Assembly (NCBI GenBank): GCA_024638705.1
Contig: JAHEJV010000001.1
Location: 9-64,008, forward strand
DNA length: 64,000 bases
Source of the DNA: Deltaproteobacteria bacterium
Lineage (GTDB): Bacteria; Myxococcota_A; UBA9160; SMWR01
Direction of reading: 5' to 3'
How positions within the stretch are numbered: position 1 is the first letter of the stretch; every line of letters begins with the position of its first letter. The notes beneath the pieces are model-generated. The model was not told the DNA's origin. It was given only the letters and a program-made list of their open reading frames with translations, and made no database searches. Below are positions 37,089 to 45,344 of this stretch, piece after piece. The translations under genes and the position numbers were made by a program.

Positions 37089-38435
37089 ATGGCGGCCCGG
37101 AAGAAGACGACGAAGAAGAAGACGACGCGGAGGAAGGCGCCCGCGGCGAAGCCGAAGGCGAAGCCCGCGGCGAAGGACGGCCAGACGGCGATGCACTTCG
37201 GTCCGAAGCGCACGCCGGCGAAGACCGCCGCCGCGAAGAAGAAGGCGCCGCGTCGCAAGTCGGGAGGCAAGTCCGGCGGCAAGAAGGGTGCGCGTGCGGC
37301 CAGCGCCCACGCCGACGAGGTGGCGAAGATCAACGCGGCGAAGGACGACGTCGTGTTGCAGCAGATCCAGAACGCGGCCACGGACGTGCACAAGGACATC
37401 CTCAAGCGCAGCAAGCCCGACCTCGCCTTCCCCGTGCGCTCGCTGAAGAACGTCTCCTACTCGACCGGGAAGGGCTATTTCGAGATCGGCAAGGCGAAGA
37501 AGGTGCGCACCCTCACGGTGAACACCGTGAAGAGCTTCGCCCAGACGCTGCGCATGATGGGCCTCTCGAAGGAGCTGGTGGAGACGAACGACTTCGCCAC
37601 GAAGCGAGACGCCTACTACCAGAGCAAGAACTGGGACGCGGCGAAGTTCGACGAGCAGAGCGAATCGGACGCGGTGATGGACGACATCGAGGCGCTCTTC
37701 TCGATTCGTGGGTCGTCGCGCGAGCAGCTGCGCTTCGTCCCCGACGAGCACGGTGGCGCCGTGGCCGGGCGCCTCGTCGTGCTCGACCCCGACCGCGAGA
37801 CGGGCGAGGTGGAGCGCATCGACTGCACGCGCTTCGGGTCGGGCGCCTACTCCATCCCGTCGACGGTCGAGCACCTCTCCTTCGAGACCGACGCGAAGTT
37901 CATCCTCGCGATCGAGACGGGCGGCATCTTCCAGCGCCTGCAGAGCCACAAGTTCTGGCAGACCTCCGATTGCATCCTCGTGTCGATGGCCGGCGTGCCG
38001 ACGCGCGCGACGCGCCGCTTCATCCGCAAGCTCTCGGACGAGTGCCGCATTCCCGTCTACGCCTTCGTCGACTGTGATCCGTACGGCATCTCGAACATCT
38101 ACCGGACGCTCAAGGTCGGGTCGGGAAACGCCGCTCATCTCTCCCAGTTCTTCTGTGTGCCCCAGGCGCGCTACCTCGGAGTGACCCCGCAGGACGTGAT
38201 CGACTACGACCTCCCGACCCACCCGCTCCAGGACGTCGACATCAAGCGCGCGAAGGACGCCCTCAAGAACGACCCTTTCTTCAAGGCGCACAAGCCGTGG
38301 CAGAAGGCGATCGAGCAGCTCCTCAAGATGGGCGTGCGCGCCGAGCAGCAGGCGCTGGCGAAGTGGGGGCTCAACTACGTGATCGACGAATACCTGCCGG
38401 CGAAGCTCGCCAACCCGGGGCGCTTCCTGCCGTGA
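37089..38435 (+). CDS. top6A: DNA topoisomerase VI subunit A (Spo11 family) with a Lys/Ala/Pro-rich N-terminal tail
   Basis: Catalytic Tyr motif TKRDAYYQS, Toprim Glu in ILAIETGG, and DxD in FVDCDPYG. Starts 11 nt after the top6B stop. The first 75-85 aa are [28 protein letters not shown]-like. Confidence 0.92.
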   Translation: MAARKKTTKKKTTRRKAPAAKPKAKPAAKDGQTAMHFGPKRTPAKTAAAKKKAPRRKSGGKSGGKKGARAASAHADEVAKINAAKDDVVLQQIQNAATDVHKDILKRSKPDLAFPVRSLKNVSYSTGKGYFEIGKAKKVRTLTVNTVKSFAQTLRMMGLSKELVETNDFATKRDAYYQSKNWDAAKFDEQSESDAVMDDIEALFSIRGSSREQLRFVPDEHGGAVAGRLVVLDPDRETGEVERIDCTRFGSGAYSIPSTVEHLSFETDAKFILAIETGGIFQRLQSHKFWQTSDCILVSMAGVPTRATRRFIRKLSDECRIPVYAFVDCDPYGISNIYRTLKVGSGNAAHLSQFFCVPQARYLGVTPQDVIDYDLPTHPLQDVDIKRAKDALKNDPFFKAHKPWQKAIEQLLKMGVRAEQQALAKWGLNYVIDEYLPAKLANPGRFLP

Positions 38436-38451
38436 CACGGCGAGCGCGCGC

Positions 38452-39327
38452 ATGAAGGGCATCGTCCTCGCAGGCGGTTCGGGCACGCGCCTGCACCCGA
38501 TCACGCGCGGCGTCAGCAAGCAGCTGCTGCCGATCTACGACAAGCCGATGATCTACTATCCGGTGTCGAGCCTGATGCTCGCCGGCATCCGGGAGATCCT
38601 GCTGATCTCGACACCCGAGGATCTGCCCTCCTATCGGCGGCTGTTCGGCGACGGTCGCGCGATGGGTCTGGCGGTCTCCTACGCCGAGCAACCGAAGCCC
38701 GAAGGCCTGGCCCAGGCGTTCCTGATCGGACGCGACTTCGTCGGCGACGATCACGTCGCCCTCGCGCTCGGCGACAACGTCTTCTACGGCCACGGCTTCA
38801 CCGAGGTGATCCAGCGCGCCGCCGCGCGCGAGTCGGGCGCGACCGTGTTCGGCTATCACGTGCACGACCCGGAGCGCTACGGCGTCGTCGAGTTCGACGC
38901 GCAGGGCGTGGCGATCGGCATCGAGGAGAAGCCGGCGAAGCCGCGCAGCCACTATGCGGTGACGGGCCTCTACTTCTACGACAACCGCGTGCTCGACATC
39001 GCGGCGGGCCTGAAGCCCTCGGCGCGCGGCGAGCTCGAGATCACCGACGTCAACCGCGCCTATCTCGAGGCGGGCGATCTCTACGTCGAGCTGCTCGGAC
39101 GCGGCGTCGCGTGGCTCGACACCGGCACCAACGAGTCGCTGCTCCAGGCGCAGACCTTCGTCGAGACGATCCAGGAGCGACAGGGGCTGCGGATCGCGTG
39201 TCTCGAGGAGATCGCGTTCCGCAACGGCTGGATCTCGCGCGACGACCTCGCCCGGCTCGGCGACGAGATGGGGAAGTCGAGCTACGGCGCCTATCTCCGT
39301 CAGGTCGCCGCCGGCGAGACGGCCTAG
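38452..39327 (+). CDS. rfbA: Glucose-1-phosphate thymidylyltransferase
   Basis: [18 protein letters not shown], and YDKPMIYYP. Confidence 0.95.
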   Translation: MKGIVLAGGSGTRLHPITRGVSKQLLPIYDKPMIYYPVSSLMLAGIREILLISTPEDLPSYRRLFGDGRAMGLAVSYAEQPKPEGLAQAFLIGRDFVGDDHVALALGDNVFYGHGFTEVIQRAAARESGATVFGYHVHDPERYGVVEFDAQGVAIGIEEKPAKPRSHYAVTGLYFYDNRVLDIAAGLKPSARGELEITDVNRAYLEAGDLYVELLGRGVAWLDTGTNESLLQAQTFVETIQERQGLRIACLEEIAFRNGWISRDDLARLGDEMGKSSYGAYLRQVAAGETA

Positions 39328-39331
39328 CGCA

Positions 39332-39889
39332 GTGGCGCTCGAATTCGTACCGACCGCGATCCCGGGCGTCGTGCTCGTCGAGCCCCAGGTACACCGCGAC
39401 GCGCGCGGCTTCTTCCTCGAGAGCTACCACGCGCAGAAGTACCGCGAGGGCGGCATCCCCGGCCCGTTCGTCCAGGACAACCACTCGCACAGCGCGCGCG
39501 GCACCCTGCGCGGGCTGCACGCGCAGAACCCGAATCCGCAGGGAAAGCTCCTGCGCGTGATCGAGGGCGAGGTGTTCGACGTCGCAGTCGACGCGCGGCG
39601 CGGCTCGCCCACCTACGGCCAGCACGTGAGCGTCGTGCTATCGGCCGAGAACATGAAGCAGATCTACGTCCCGCCCGGCCTGCTCCACGGCTTCGTCGTC
39701 ACGAGCGACATCGCGCAGGTCGAGTACAAGTGCACCGCCTTCTACGACCCCAAAGGCGAGTTCTCCGTCGCCTGGAACGACCCGGATCTCGCCATCCCGT
39801 GGCCCGTCGATGCGCCGGTCCTCTCGGAGAAGGACGCGAAGGCGCCGCGCCTGGCGGAATCGACGGAGCGTCTGGTCGACTTCGCGTAG
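39332..39889 (+). CDS. rfbC: dTDP-4-dehydrorhamnose 3,5-epimerase
   Basis: GTG start. Motifs seen: [16 protein letters not shown], and [10 protein letters not shown]. Confidence 0.93.
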   Translation: MALEFVPTAIPGVVLVEPQVHRDARGFFLESYHAQKYREGGIPGPFVQDNHSHSARGTLRGLHAQNPNPQGKLLRVIEGEVFDVAVDARRGSPTYGQHVSVVLSAENMKQIYVPPGLLHGFVVTSDIAQVEYKCTAFYDPKGEFSVAWNDPDLAIPWPVDAPVLSEKDAKAPRLAESTERLVDFA

Positions 39890-39895
39890 GTCGGC

Positions 39896-40054
39896 CTAGA
39901 AGTCCTCTTCGACTTCCAGCTCCTCGTCGTCCTTCTTCTGGATCACGCCGGGGGAGCCGCAGCAGGAGCAGTAGAACTCGTCGCCGGGGCGCTCGTCGCC
40001 GGACATGGGCATGTCGGCCTGGCAGATCGGACAGGTGAGTTCCTGCTGGCGCAT
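39896..40054 (-). CDS. Small zinc-ribbon protein with acidic C-terminal tail (52 aa)
   Basis: Full sequence is MRQQELTCPICQADMPMSGDERPGDEFYCSCCGSPGVIQKKDDEELEVEEDF, with a CPxC...CxxC pattern. No obvious RBS. Overlaps the 3' end of the apbE ORF in another frame. Confidence 0.4.
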   Translation of the reverse strand: MRQQELTCPICQADMPMSGDERPGDEFYCSCCGSPGVIQKKDDEELEVEEDF

Positions 40055-41124
40055 CTCGAGAAGATCGGAGCGCCGCAGGCCCGGCTTGAGTCGGCGGGAA
40101 CGGGCTCCGCGGGGGGGCCGTCCAGCTCCTCGAAACGCGTTTCCGCGTCCCAGCCTTCGGTGCGCCAGCTGCGTCCGTCGGCGTCGAGGAGCAGCGCCTC
40201 GGCGTCGGGCCAGGACTCGACCAGCGCGATGCCCTCTTCCGGGGCGAGCACGAGCAGCGCCTTCGAGAGCGCCTCGGCGTCGGTGGCGTCGCCGCCCACG
40301 ACGAGCGCCTGACGACGCGCGATGAGCGGATTCCCGGTGCGTGGGTCGAGGATGTGGCCGTACCGCCGACCGGCGATCTCGCGCGACGAGCCGAGATTCG
40401 CCGAAACCGAGAGCGCGCGGTCGCGCAGGGTGAGGACACCGGCGAAGCCGCCGTCCGGCGCGCGCGCGAGCAGGCGCCAACCCGCGGCGTTCGGCGGCTT
40501 GCCGATCGCCCAGGCGCTGCTCTGACCGAACGAGAGCAGCCCCGCGACGACCCGCCCCGGCAGCTTCGCGCGCACGCGATCGAGCGCATACCCCTTCGCG
40601 ATGCCGCCCAGATCGATCGCGCTGCCCGCGTCGAGCGCGATCCGCGCGCGGGTCCCGTCCGTCTCGATGTCCAGATGAGCCGGCCCCACCCGCGCGCGCG
40701 CGGCCGCGAGCTCGGCGCGCGACGGCCGGCGTCCGCGCTCCTCGGCTTCGCGCCACAGCGCGACGAGCGGACCGACCGTCACGTCGAAGGCGCCGGACGT
40801 CTTCTCCGTGAGCTCGGAGGTGTGGGTGAGCAGAGCGGCGACTTCGCCGTCGACGAGGACGGGCTCCCCGCCCGCCGCGGCGTTGATCCGGCTCACGTCG
40901 CTCGAGGGGCGCCAGGTCGAGACGAGCGACTCGATGCGCTCCACTTCATCGAAGGCGTCCTCGATCGCGCGCTCGAGCGCGAGCACGTCGGTGCCGAGCA
41001 GCGTCACCTCGAGCGCCGTGCCCATCGCGTAGTCGCCGGCGGAGCGCTCGATCGGTGCAGGCGGCGGTGCGGTCGCGCAGCCGAGCGCGATGCCCAGGAG
41101 CGGGAGCGCGGCCCGCGGCGTCAC
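39943..41124 (-). CDS. apbE: FAD:protein FMN transferase (ApbE family) lipoprotein
   Basis: GTG at 41124 overlaps the upstream gene's stop (GTGA). Lipobox LGIALGC. Motifs seen: GAFDVTVGPL, IDLGGIAKGYA and GHILDPRTG. The last 60 aa or so are low-complexity and overlap the Zn-ribbon ORF. Confidence 0.85.
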   Translation of the reverse strand: MTPRAALPLLGIALGCATAPPPAPIERSAGDYAMGTALEVTLLGTDVLALERAIEDAFDEVERIESLVSTWRPSSDVSRINAAAGGEPVLVDGEVAALLTHTSELTEKTSGAFDVTVGPLVALWREAEERGRRPSRAELAAARARVGPAHLDIETDGTRARIALDAGSAIDLGGIAKGYALDRVRAKLPGRVVAGLLSFGQSSAWAIGKPPNAAGWRLLARAPDGGFAGVLTLRDRALSVSANLGSSREIAGRRYGHILDPRTGNPLIARRQALVVGGDATDAEALSKALLVLAPEEGIALVESWPDAEALLLDADGRSWRTEGWDAETRFEELDGPPAEPVPADSSRACGAPIFSRCASRNSPVRSARPTCPCPATSAPATSSTAPAAAPPA

Positions 41125-41624
41125 CGCTCGCCGCTGGCGTAGTTGCGCTGCGACCCGGCGAACACGCTCCACAGCGAGAGCCCGACCAGCGCGGCGAGGC
41201 TTCCCTGCAAGAGCAGGAAGCCGGCGATCTTCACCCAGGCGAAGCCCGGGTGTCCGAAGCGCACCAGCCAGCCACCGCCCTCGTCGAGCAGCGCCGAGAC
41301 GAAGGGCAACACGATCAGCCACGCCTTCGTCGTGTTCTTGAGCGGCACGAAGAGCATCAGGTGGGTGAGCACGAGCAGCAGCATGCCCATCGCGAACAGG
41401 TGGAAGTGCGCCACCTCGAGCATCCCCTGATAGGAGCGCGGCGAGAGGAAGGCCTCCTCGTTCCCGAGGTAGTAGCTCACCACCGAGCTGGGCGTGAGAC
41501 CCATCTTCTCGAAGTAGAGCAGCGCGTTGGTGAGCCAGAGGCCCGACACGTACACGCTGTAGAGCACGACGATCGTCTGGAGCAGCCGGTTGCGGCTCCA
41601 CTCGCCGGTGATGACGAAGCGCAA
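41121..41624 (-). CDS. Hypothetical integral membrane protein (about 4 TM, conserved-looking His pair AHFHLF)
   Basis: 167 aa with TTG start, hydrophobic helices and good codon bias. It is translationally coupled to apbE. Confidence 0.6.
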   Translation of the reverse strand: MRFVITGEWSRNRLLQTIVVLYSVYVSGLWLTNALLYFEKMGLTPSSVVSYYLGNEEAFLSPRSYQGMLEVAHFHLFAMGMLLLVLTHLMLFVPLKNTTKAWLIVLPFVSALLDEGGGWLVRFGHPGFAWVKIAGFLLLQGSLAALVGLSLWSVFAGSQRNYASGER

Positions 41625-41626
41625 CT

Positions 41627-41820
41627 AGTGTCCTGTCCCAGAAATTCGGCGTCGAATCGAGACAGCCGAAGCGTGGCTCGGTGTGCACCGAGGGCGTGTC
41701 TGCGGACCGCTGGCAAGGCGCGCGACTGAGGCATGGCCGAAGTCACGCCGCAGGCAGCGCAACGCAGCCAGCGGTCCGCAGACACGTCCGAATGCAGCCG
41801 AACTTCTGGGACAGGACACT
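41627..41820. mobile_element. MITE-like 194-bp palindromic element filling an intra-operon gap
   Basis: 24-bp terminal inverted repeats match 23/24 (AGTGTCCTGTCCCAGAAATTCGGC versus the reverse complement of GCCGAACTTCTGGGACAGGACACT). An internal perfect 19-bp inverted repeat lies at 41696-41714 / 41767-41785. Confidence 0.5.
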
Positions 41821-41822
41821 CG

Positions 41823-42380
41823 CTACTCGTCGTCCCGCATCACCACCACCTGATAGAGCGCCAGCGCGCGTCGCACGCCGTTGGTGGTGGCGCGGGCCGA
41901 GAGGGTGGCGCCGACGATGCCGTGCACGTCGCCGCCGAGGCGCAGCGGCTCGGCGAGGCTCTTCTCCTCGAACTGGCGATACCAGCGCTCCGTCGGCATG
42001 TATTCGAGCGGTTCGTGGAAGGCGAGGACACGCAGCGTGCGGACCTCCCCCTCCGGCGACAACACGACGAGGAAGGCCTCGGGCAGCGTGCGGACGTTGT
42101 GCACGTCGATGAACGCGTAGCCGAGCAGCTCGTTTTCGCGGAAGCCGCGATACACGCGCACCACGCGCGACTCGAGCGGGCTCTTCGCGAGCGTCTCGAT
42201 CGCGCGGGCCTGATCGTCGCCGAGCAGGATCGATTCGTCCTCGATGCGGTCGGCGTCGGGAAACGCCAGCTCCAGCGCCTCGCTGCGGCTGAAGAACACC
42301 TTCGCCTCGGCGCTCGTCGCACCGAGGAATCCCAGGGCGAGCGCGCAGAGCGCCGCCGCGATCGTCGTTCTAGAACACAA
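41823..42380 (-). CDS. Periplasmic FMN-binding domain protein (FMN_bind; candidate ApbE substrate)
   Basis: Signal peptide ALALGFLGATSAEA. Contains DVHGIVGATLSARATTNGV, i.e. the GAT(L)S flavinylation-type motif found in NqrC/RnfG/NosR-like domains. Confidence 0.78.
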   Translation of the reverse strand: MCSRTTIAAALCALALGFLGATSAEAKVFFSRSEALELAFPDADRIEDESILLGDDQARAIETLAKSPLESRVVRVYRGFRENELLGYAFIDVHNVRTLPEAFLVVLSPEGEVRTLRVLAFHEPLEYMPTERWYRQFEEKSLAEPLRLGGDVHGIVGATLSARATTNGVRRALALYQVVVMRDDE

Positions 42381-43722
42381 GTCCGAACCCCGCGTTGATT
42401 TCGTCGGCCAGAGCCCCGCGTCGCGGGTTCCGATTGCGATAGTCGACCTTGAGCACGACGTTGGGGATCGGCTTCGCCGACACGCCCGTCGTGAAGATCG
42501 TTTCCATGCGATTGCGATTCGCCGCGAAGCCGGTCGGCACGTCCTTCTGCGTGTTGACCTGCTCGAAGCGGACGAAGGGCTCGACGGTCCAGCCGCTCTG
42601 CGGCGCGAGCCACTGCATGATCTCGTAGGCGAGCTCGCCGTAGTAGCCTTCCATCTGTTCGGCGATCACTTCGTTCGGGGCGATGTCGCCGGTGAGGCGC
42701 AGCGCGTTGGTGAGGTCGCGCGCGCCGTCGAGCAGCGCCTGGGTGTAGAGGGCGCGAGCGTGCAGGCCAAAGCGCTGGAACTGGGCGTGCGCCTCCCAGA
42801 CCGCGAGCCGCGCCTGGGGTAGCACGAGCGATCCGCCCCCGAATGCCGGCAGCACGGTGATGCGCTGGTCGTGGCCGGTATTGCCGATCATCCCCGAGCC
42901 GCCCACTTGGAGGCCCGGCAACGGCTCGACGTCGAGTGAGCCGACGAAGGAGAGATCGTCGGCGTTGGCGCGGTTGCCGCGCATGCGTCCGCCGCGCAGG
43001 CCCGAGTCCGAGAAGCCCGCGCCGTTCAGGCTCGTGATCACGTAGGCCTTGTATTCGACGATCTCGGCGACGCGACCGAACACGCCGACACCGTTCTCGC
43101 GGAACGTGGAGGGAATGATGTTCGTCTCGGAAAGCGGACGGTTGTTCCCGAAGAAGAAGGGCGGCTCGTGCAGCTCGTTCAAGAAGCCCATCGGCACGAG
43201 CATCAGGCCAGCGCGCAGATTCGCCTCGTCGCGCCAGAGGTAGTCGAGGGTGGCGAACTCGACCGACACCGATCCGCCGCTCGACCCTTCGTGGCTGCTG
43301 GTCGAGGCGTGCTCGAACTCGAACTCGGCGTTGAAGACGATCTCATCGGTGAACTTGTAGCCGGTGTAGAGGACGGTGCGGACGAAGTCGAAGGTGTCTT
43401 CCTGGTTGCTCTTGCGCTTGTCGGCGATGACGTCGGTGTAGCGGGCTTCCGCGTAGCCCCCGATCGAGAGACCCTTGCTGACCGAGTAGACCTTCGAGGC
43501 CGCTGGCCCGAGGCCCCATTCGCTCTCGAGCTCGATGTCCTCGGGCACGCCCATGTCCTGACGCGTGCGCGCCAGCTCGTCGGTGAGGATCTCCACCTTG
43601 CGCTCGAGCTCGCGCATGCGGTCTTCGGTGGCGAGCGCCTCGTCCTCGGTCTGGGCGAAGGCCGGGACGGCGAGCGCGCCGGCCAGGAGAATGGCAACAG
43701 CGATCGATTCGATGCGGATCAC
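42370..43722 (-). CDS. Outer-membrane beta-barrel porin-like protein with N-terminal coiled coil
   Basis: Signal peptide ending AFAQ and coiled coil RMRELERKVEILTDELARTRQ. Amphipathic beta-strand pattern alternates, with a C-terminal ...GFGLVF (terminal Phe). Confidence 0.72.
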   Translation of the reverse strand: MIRIESIAVAILLAGALAVPAFAQTEDEALATEDRMRELERKVEILTDELARTRQDMGVPEDIELESEWGLGPAASKVYSVSKGLSIGGYAEARYTDVIADKRKSNQEDTFDFVRTVLYTGYKFTDEIVFNAEFEFEHASTSSHEGSSGGSVSVEFATLDYLWRDEANLRAGLMLVPMGFLNELHEPPFFFGNNRPLSETNIIPSTFRENGVGVFGRVAEIVEYKAYVITSLNGAGFSDSGLRGGRMRGNRANADDLSFVGSLDVEPLPGLQVGGSGMIGNTGHDQRITVLPAFGGGSLVLPQARLAVWEAHAQFQRFGLHARALYTQALLDGARDLTNALRLTGDIAPNEVIAEQMEGYYGELAYEIMQWLAPQSGWTVEPFVRFEQVNTQKDVPTGFAANRNRMETIFTTGVSAKPIPNVVLKVDYRNRNPRRGALADEINAGFGLVF

Positions 43723-43804
43723 GGGCTCGGCTCCGGGCTCACGAAGAGCCGGTGGGGCTCGGGGCGATCGACCGCTGGCCTCAGGATCGAGAACGGGTTT
43801 CGGA

Positions 43805-43993
43805 TCACGGAAGGGCCTCGACGGCGACTTCGCCGCTTTCCGGCTCGAGGGCGACCACCAGACGGCGCTTGCAGCGGCGGCACTTCAGCTCGACGCCGCC
43901 GGGCACCCGGCGCGCGACGAGGCTGCCGCACAGGCAGCGGCAATCGTCCACGTCGCGTCGTCGAACGAGGGCGTTGGTTTCCGCGCGCGGCAC
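43805..43993 (-). CDS. Com-like zinc-finger small protein (62 aa)
   Basis: CRCLCGSLVAR...ELKCRRCKRRLVV resembles the Mu Com-type CxxC...CxxC finger. GTG start. First ORF after the Fur-box-like palindrome. Confidence 0.4.
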   Translation of the reverse strand: MPRAETNALVRRRDVDDCRCLCGSLVARRVPGGVELKCRRCKRRLVVALEPESGEVAVEALP

Positions 43994-44077
43994 CGGGGGC
44001 TTCCTCCGCCGCGCTCCCCACCCCGATCTCAGGCCCGGGAGCCGGGTCTGTCAGATCGTCGGTTTGGGGGCGCGAAT

Positions 44078-44102
44078 GAAATTGAAAATCACATTCAATT
44101 TC
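44078..44102 (-). promoter_or_regulatory. Fur-box-like AT-rich palindromic operator
   Basis: GAAATTGAA-aatcaca-TTCAATTTC is a perfect 9-bp inverted repeat. It sits in the only AT-rich patch between fur and the downstream operon, about 85-110 nt upstream of the first ORF. Confidence 0.55.
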
Positions 44103-44289
44103 AGGATCGGCACGGTACGCCGGGCCCCGAGACGTGTCAAGCGCCCGGAGCGGCCCTCTGGCGGGGGTTTCGGGTCGATCCGGCGGCAGTGCGCGCCCGA
44201 CGCGGGGCGTCGAGGCGAGAAGCCGCCGCTCGGGCAAGCCCGGAGGCCGCGGCCCGGATCCGCTCGGTGACGACCGCGCTCCGCGCGAC

Positions 44290-44727
44290 CTACGTGGCCA
44301 GCTCTTCCTGGCACTTCCCGCAGTGGCCGTAGAGCTCGTGGCGGTGGCGCAGGACGCGGAAGTCGTAGCGCGCCGCGATCTTCTCCTGGGCGGACTCGAT
44401 CATCTCGCACTCGAACTCGATGATCTTCCCGCAGCGCGTGCACACGAGGTGGTCGTGGTGCTCGTGGGCGATCTCGTAGCGCGTGGTGCCATCGAAGTTG
44501 TGCTCGTGGGCGAGCCCGGCCTCGCATAGCAGCTTCATCGTGCGGTACACCGTCGTGTGACCGATCTGCGGGTGGCTGTCGCGCACGCGCTGATAGAGGT
44601 CTTCGCTCGTGATGTGGCCCGACACCTCGAGGAAGACATCCAGGATCGCCTCACGTTGCTTCGTGTGCTTGAGCTGGTTGTCTTCGAGGTAGCGTGCGAG
44701 CGTGCGGTGTTCGACCTCGTGCGCCAT
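44290..44727 (-). CDS. fur: Ferric uptake regulator family protein
   Basis: ATG at 44727. Motifs seen: KHTKQREAILDVF, TTVYRTMKLL, HEHHDHLVCTRCGKIIEF and HCGKC (CxxC pairs). Confidence 0.9.
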   Translation of the reverse strand: MAHEVEHRTLARYLEDNQLKHTKQREAILDVFLEVSGHITSEDLYQRVRDSHPQIGHTTVYRTMKLLCEAGLAHEHNFDGTTRYEIAHEHHDHLVCTRCGKIIEFECEMIESAQEKIAARYDFRVLRHRHELYGHCGKCQEELAT

Positions 44728-44773
44728 CGCACCGACGGTAATCGAGGGCGGGAGGCCGGGCAAACAGCGACGC

Positions 44774-45124
44774 TCAGCGGGGCGGCGCAGCCGCGCGCAT
44801 CCCCCGCAGATTGCGCTGCGCGGCCTCGTTGTCGCAGTCGAGCGCGACGGCGCGCTCGAAGGCGCCCCGCGCATCGTCGCGTCGCTCCGCGGCGAGATAG
44901 GCCAGGCCGAGGTGGTTCTGCACCTCCGACGCCTGCGGCGCGAGCACGGCGGCCTCTTCGAGCGCGGCGATCGCGGCGATCGGATCGCCGGCGTCGAGCG
45001 CGCGGGTGCCGTCGCGATAGAGGATGGCGCCCTGAAACGTGTTGCAGCCGAGGGCGCTCACGAGGAAGGCGAGTAGCCCGACGAGGATCCAATCGGGACG
45101 CGTGCAGACACCGCGGCGTGACAC
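44774..45124 (-). CDS. TPR-repeat lipoprotein
   Basis: Lipobox LVSALGC. TPR-like helices: AIAALEEAAVLAPQASEVQNHLGLAYLAAERRDDARGAFERAVALD. Confidence 0.7.
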   Translation of the reverse strand: MSRRGVCTRPDWILVGLLAFLVSALGCNTFQGAILYRDGTRALDAGDPIAAIAALEEAAVLAPQASEVQNHLGLAYLAAERRDDARGAFERAVALDCDNEAAQRNLRGMRAAAPPR

Positions 45125-45274
45125 GGCTCGTTTCTACCGGCAGCCGCGGGCCCGGGCAAGCCGTCTCCCTGGGGGCGGAACTCGGGGACGGGAGGCTGCC
45201 GCCGCGTGCAGCGCTCGGCGCGGCGTCCGGGCGCGCACCTCGGACCCATCGGTTCTGACGAATCTTCACCCCTG

Positions 45275-45313
45275 CATTTCCTATTTTTCGAATCGGCTCG
45301 GCCAGCCGATACT
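45275..45313 (+). promoter_or_regulatory. Copy A of the shared bipartite promoter-like motif (upstream of HPF-like gene 45345)
   Basis: CATTTCCTATTTTTCG-N15-CCGATACT. It sits 32 nt before a GTG start preceded by GGGAGG. Confidence 0.35.
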
Positions 45314-45344
45314 CACGTCGTTCGATGCAACGGGAGGAATCATC

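Noticed and set aside
35311-38435. The Topo VI genes as a plasmid-type Topo VIII, a Wadjet JetD-like Toprim protein, or recently inserted mobile DNA.
   Set aside because: The two separate subunits have full canonical Top6B and Top6A motifs, unlike the fused Topo VIII or the Toprim-only JetD. Third codon positions are as GC-rich as in the neighbours. No mobility genes or flanking repeats are present.
43752-44270. ORFs of 170-300 aa on both strands across the fur-to-operon intergenic region.
   Set aside because: Arg/Pro-rich translations with no motifs. The region is better explained as a promoter/operator (Fur-box-like palindrome) plus the small Com-like ORF.
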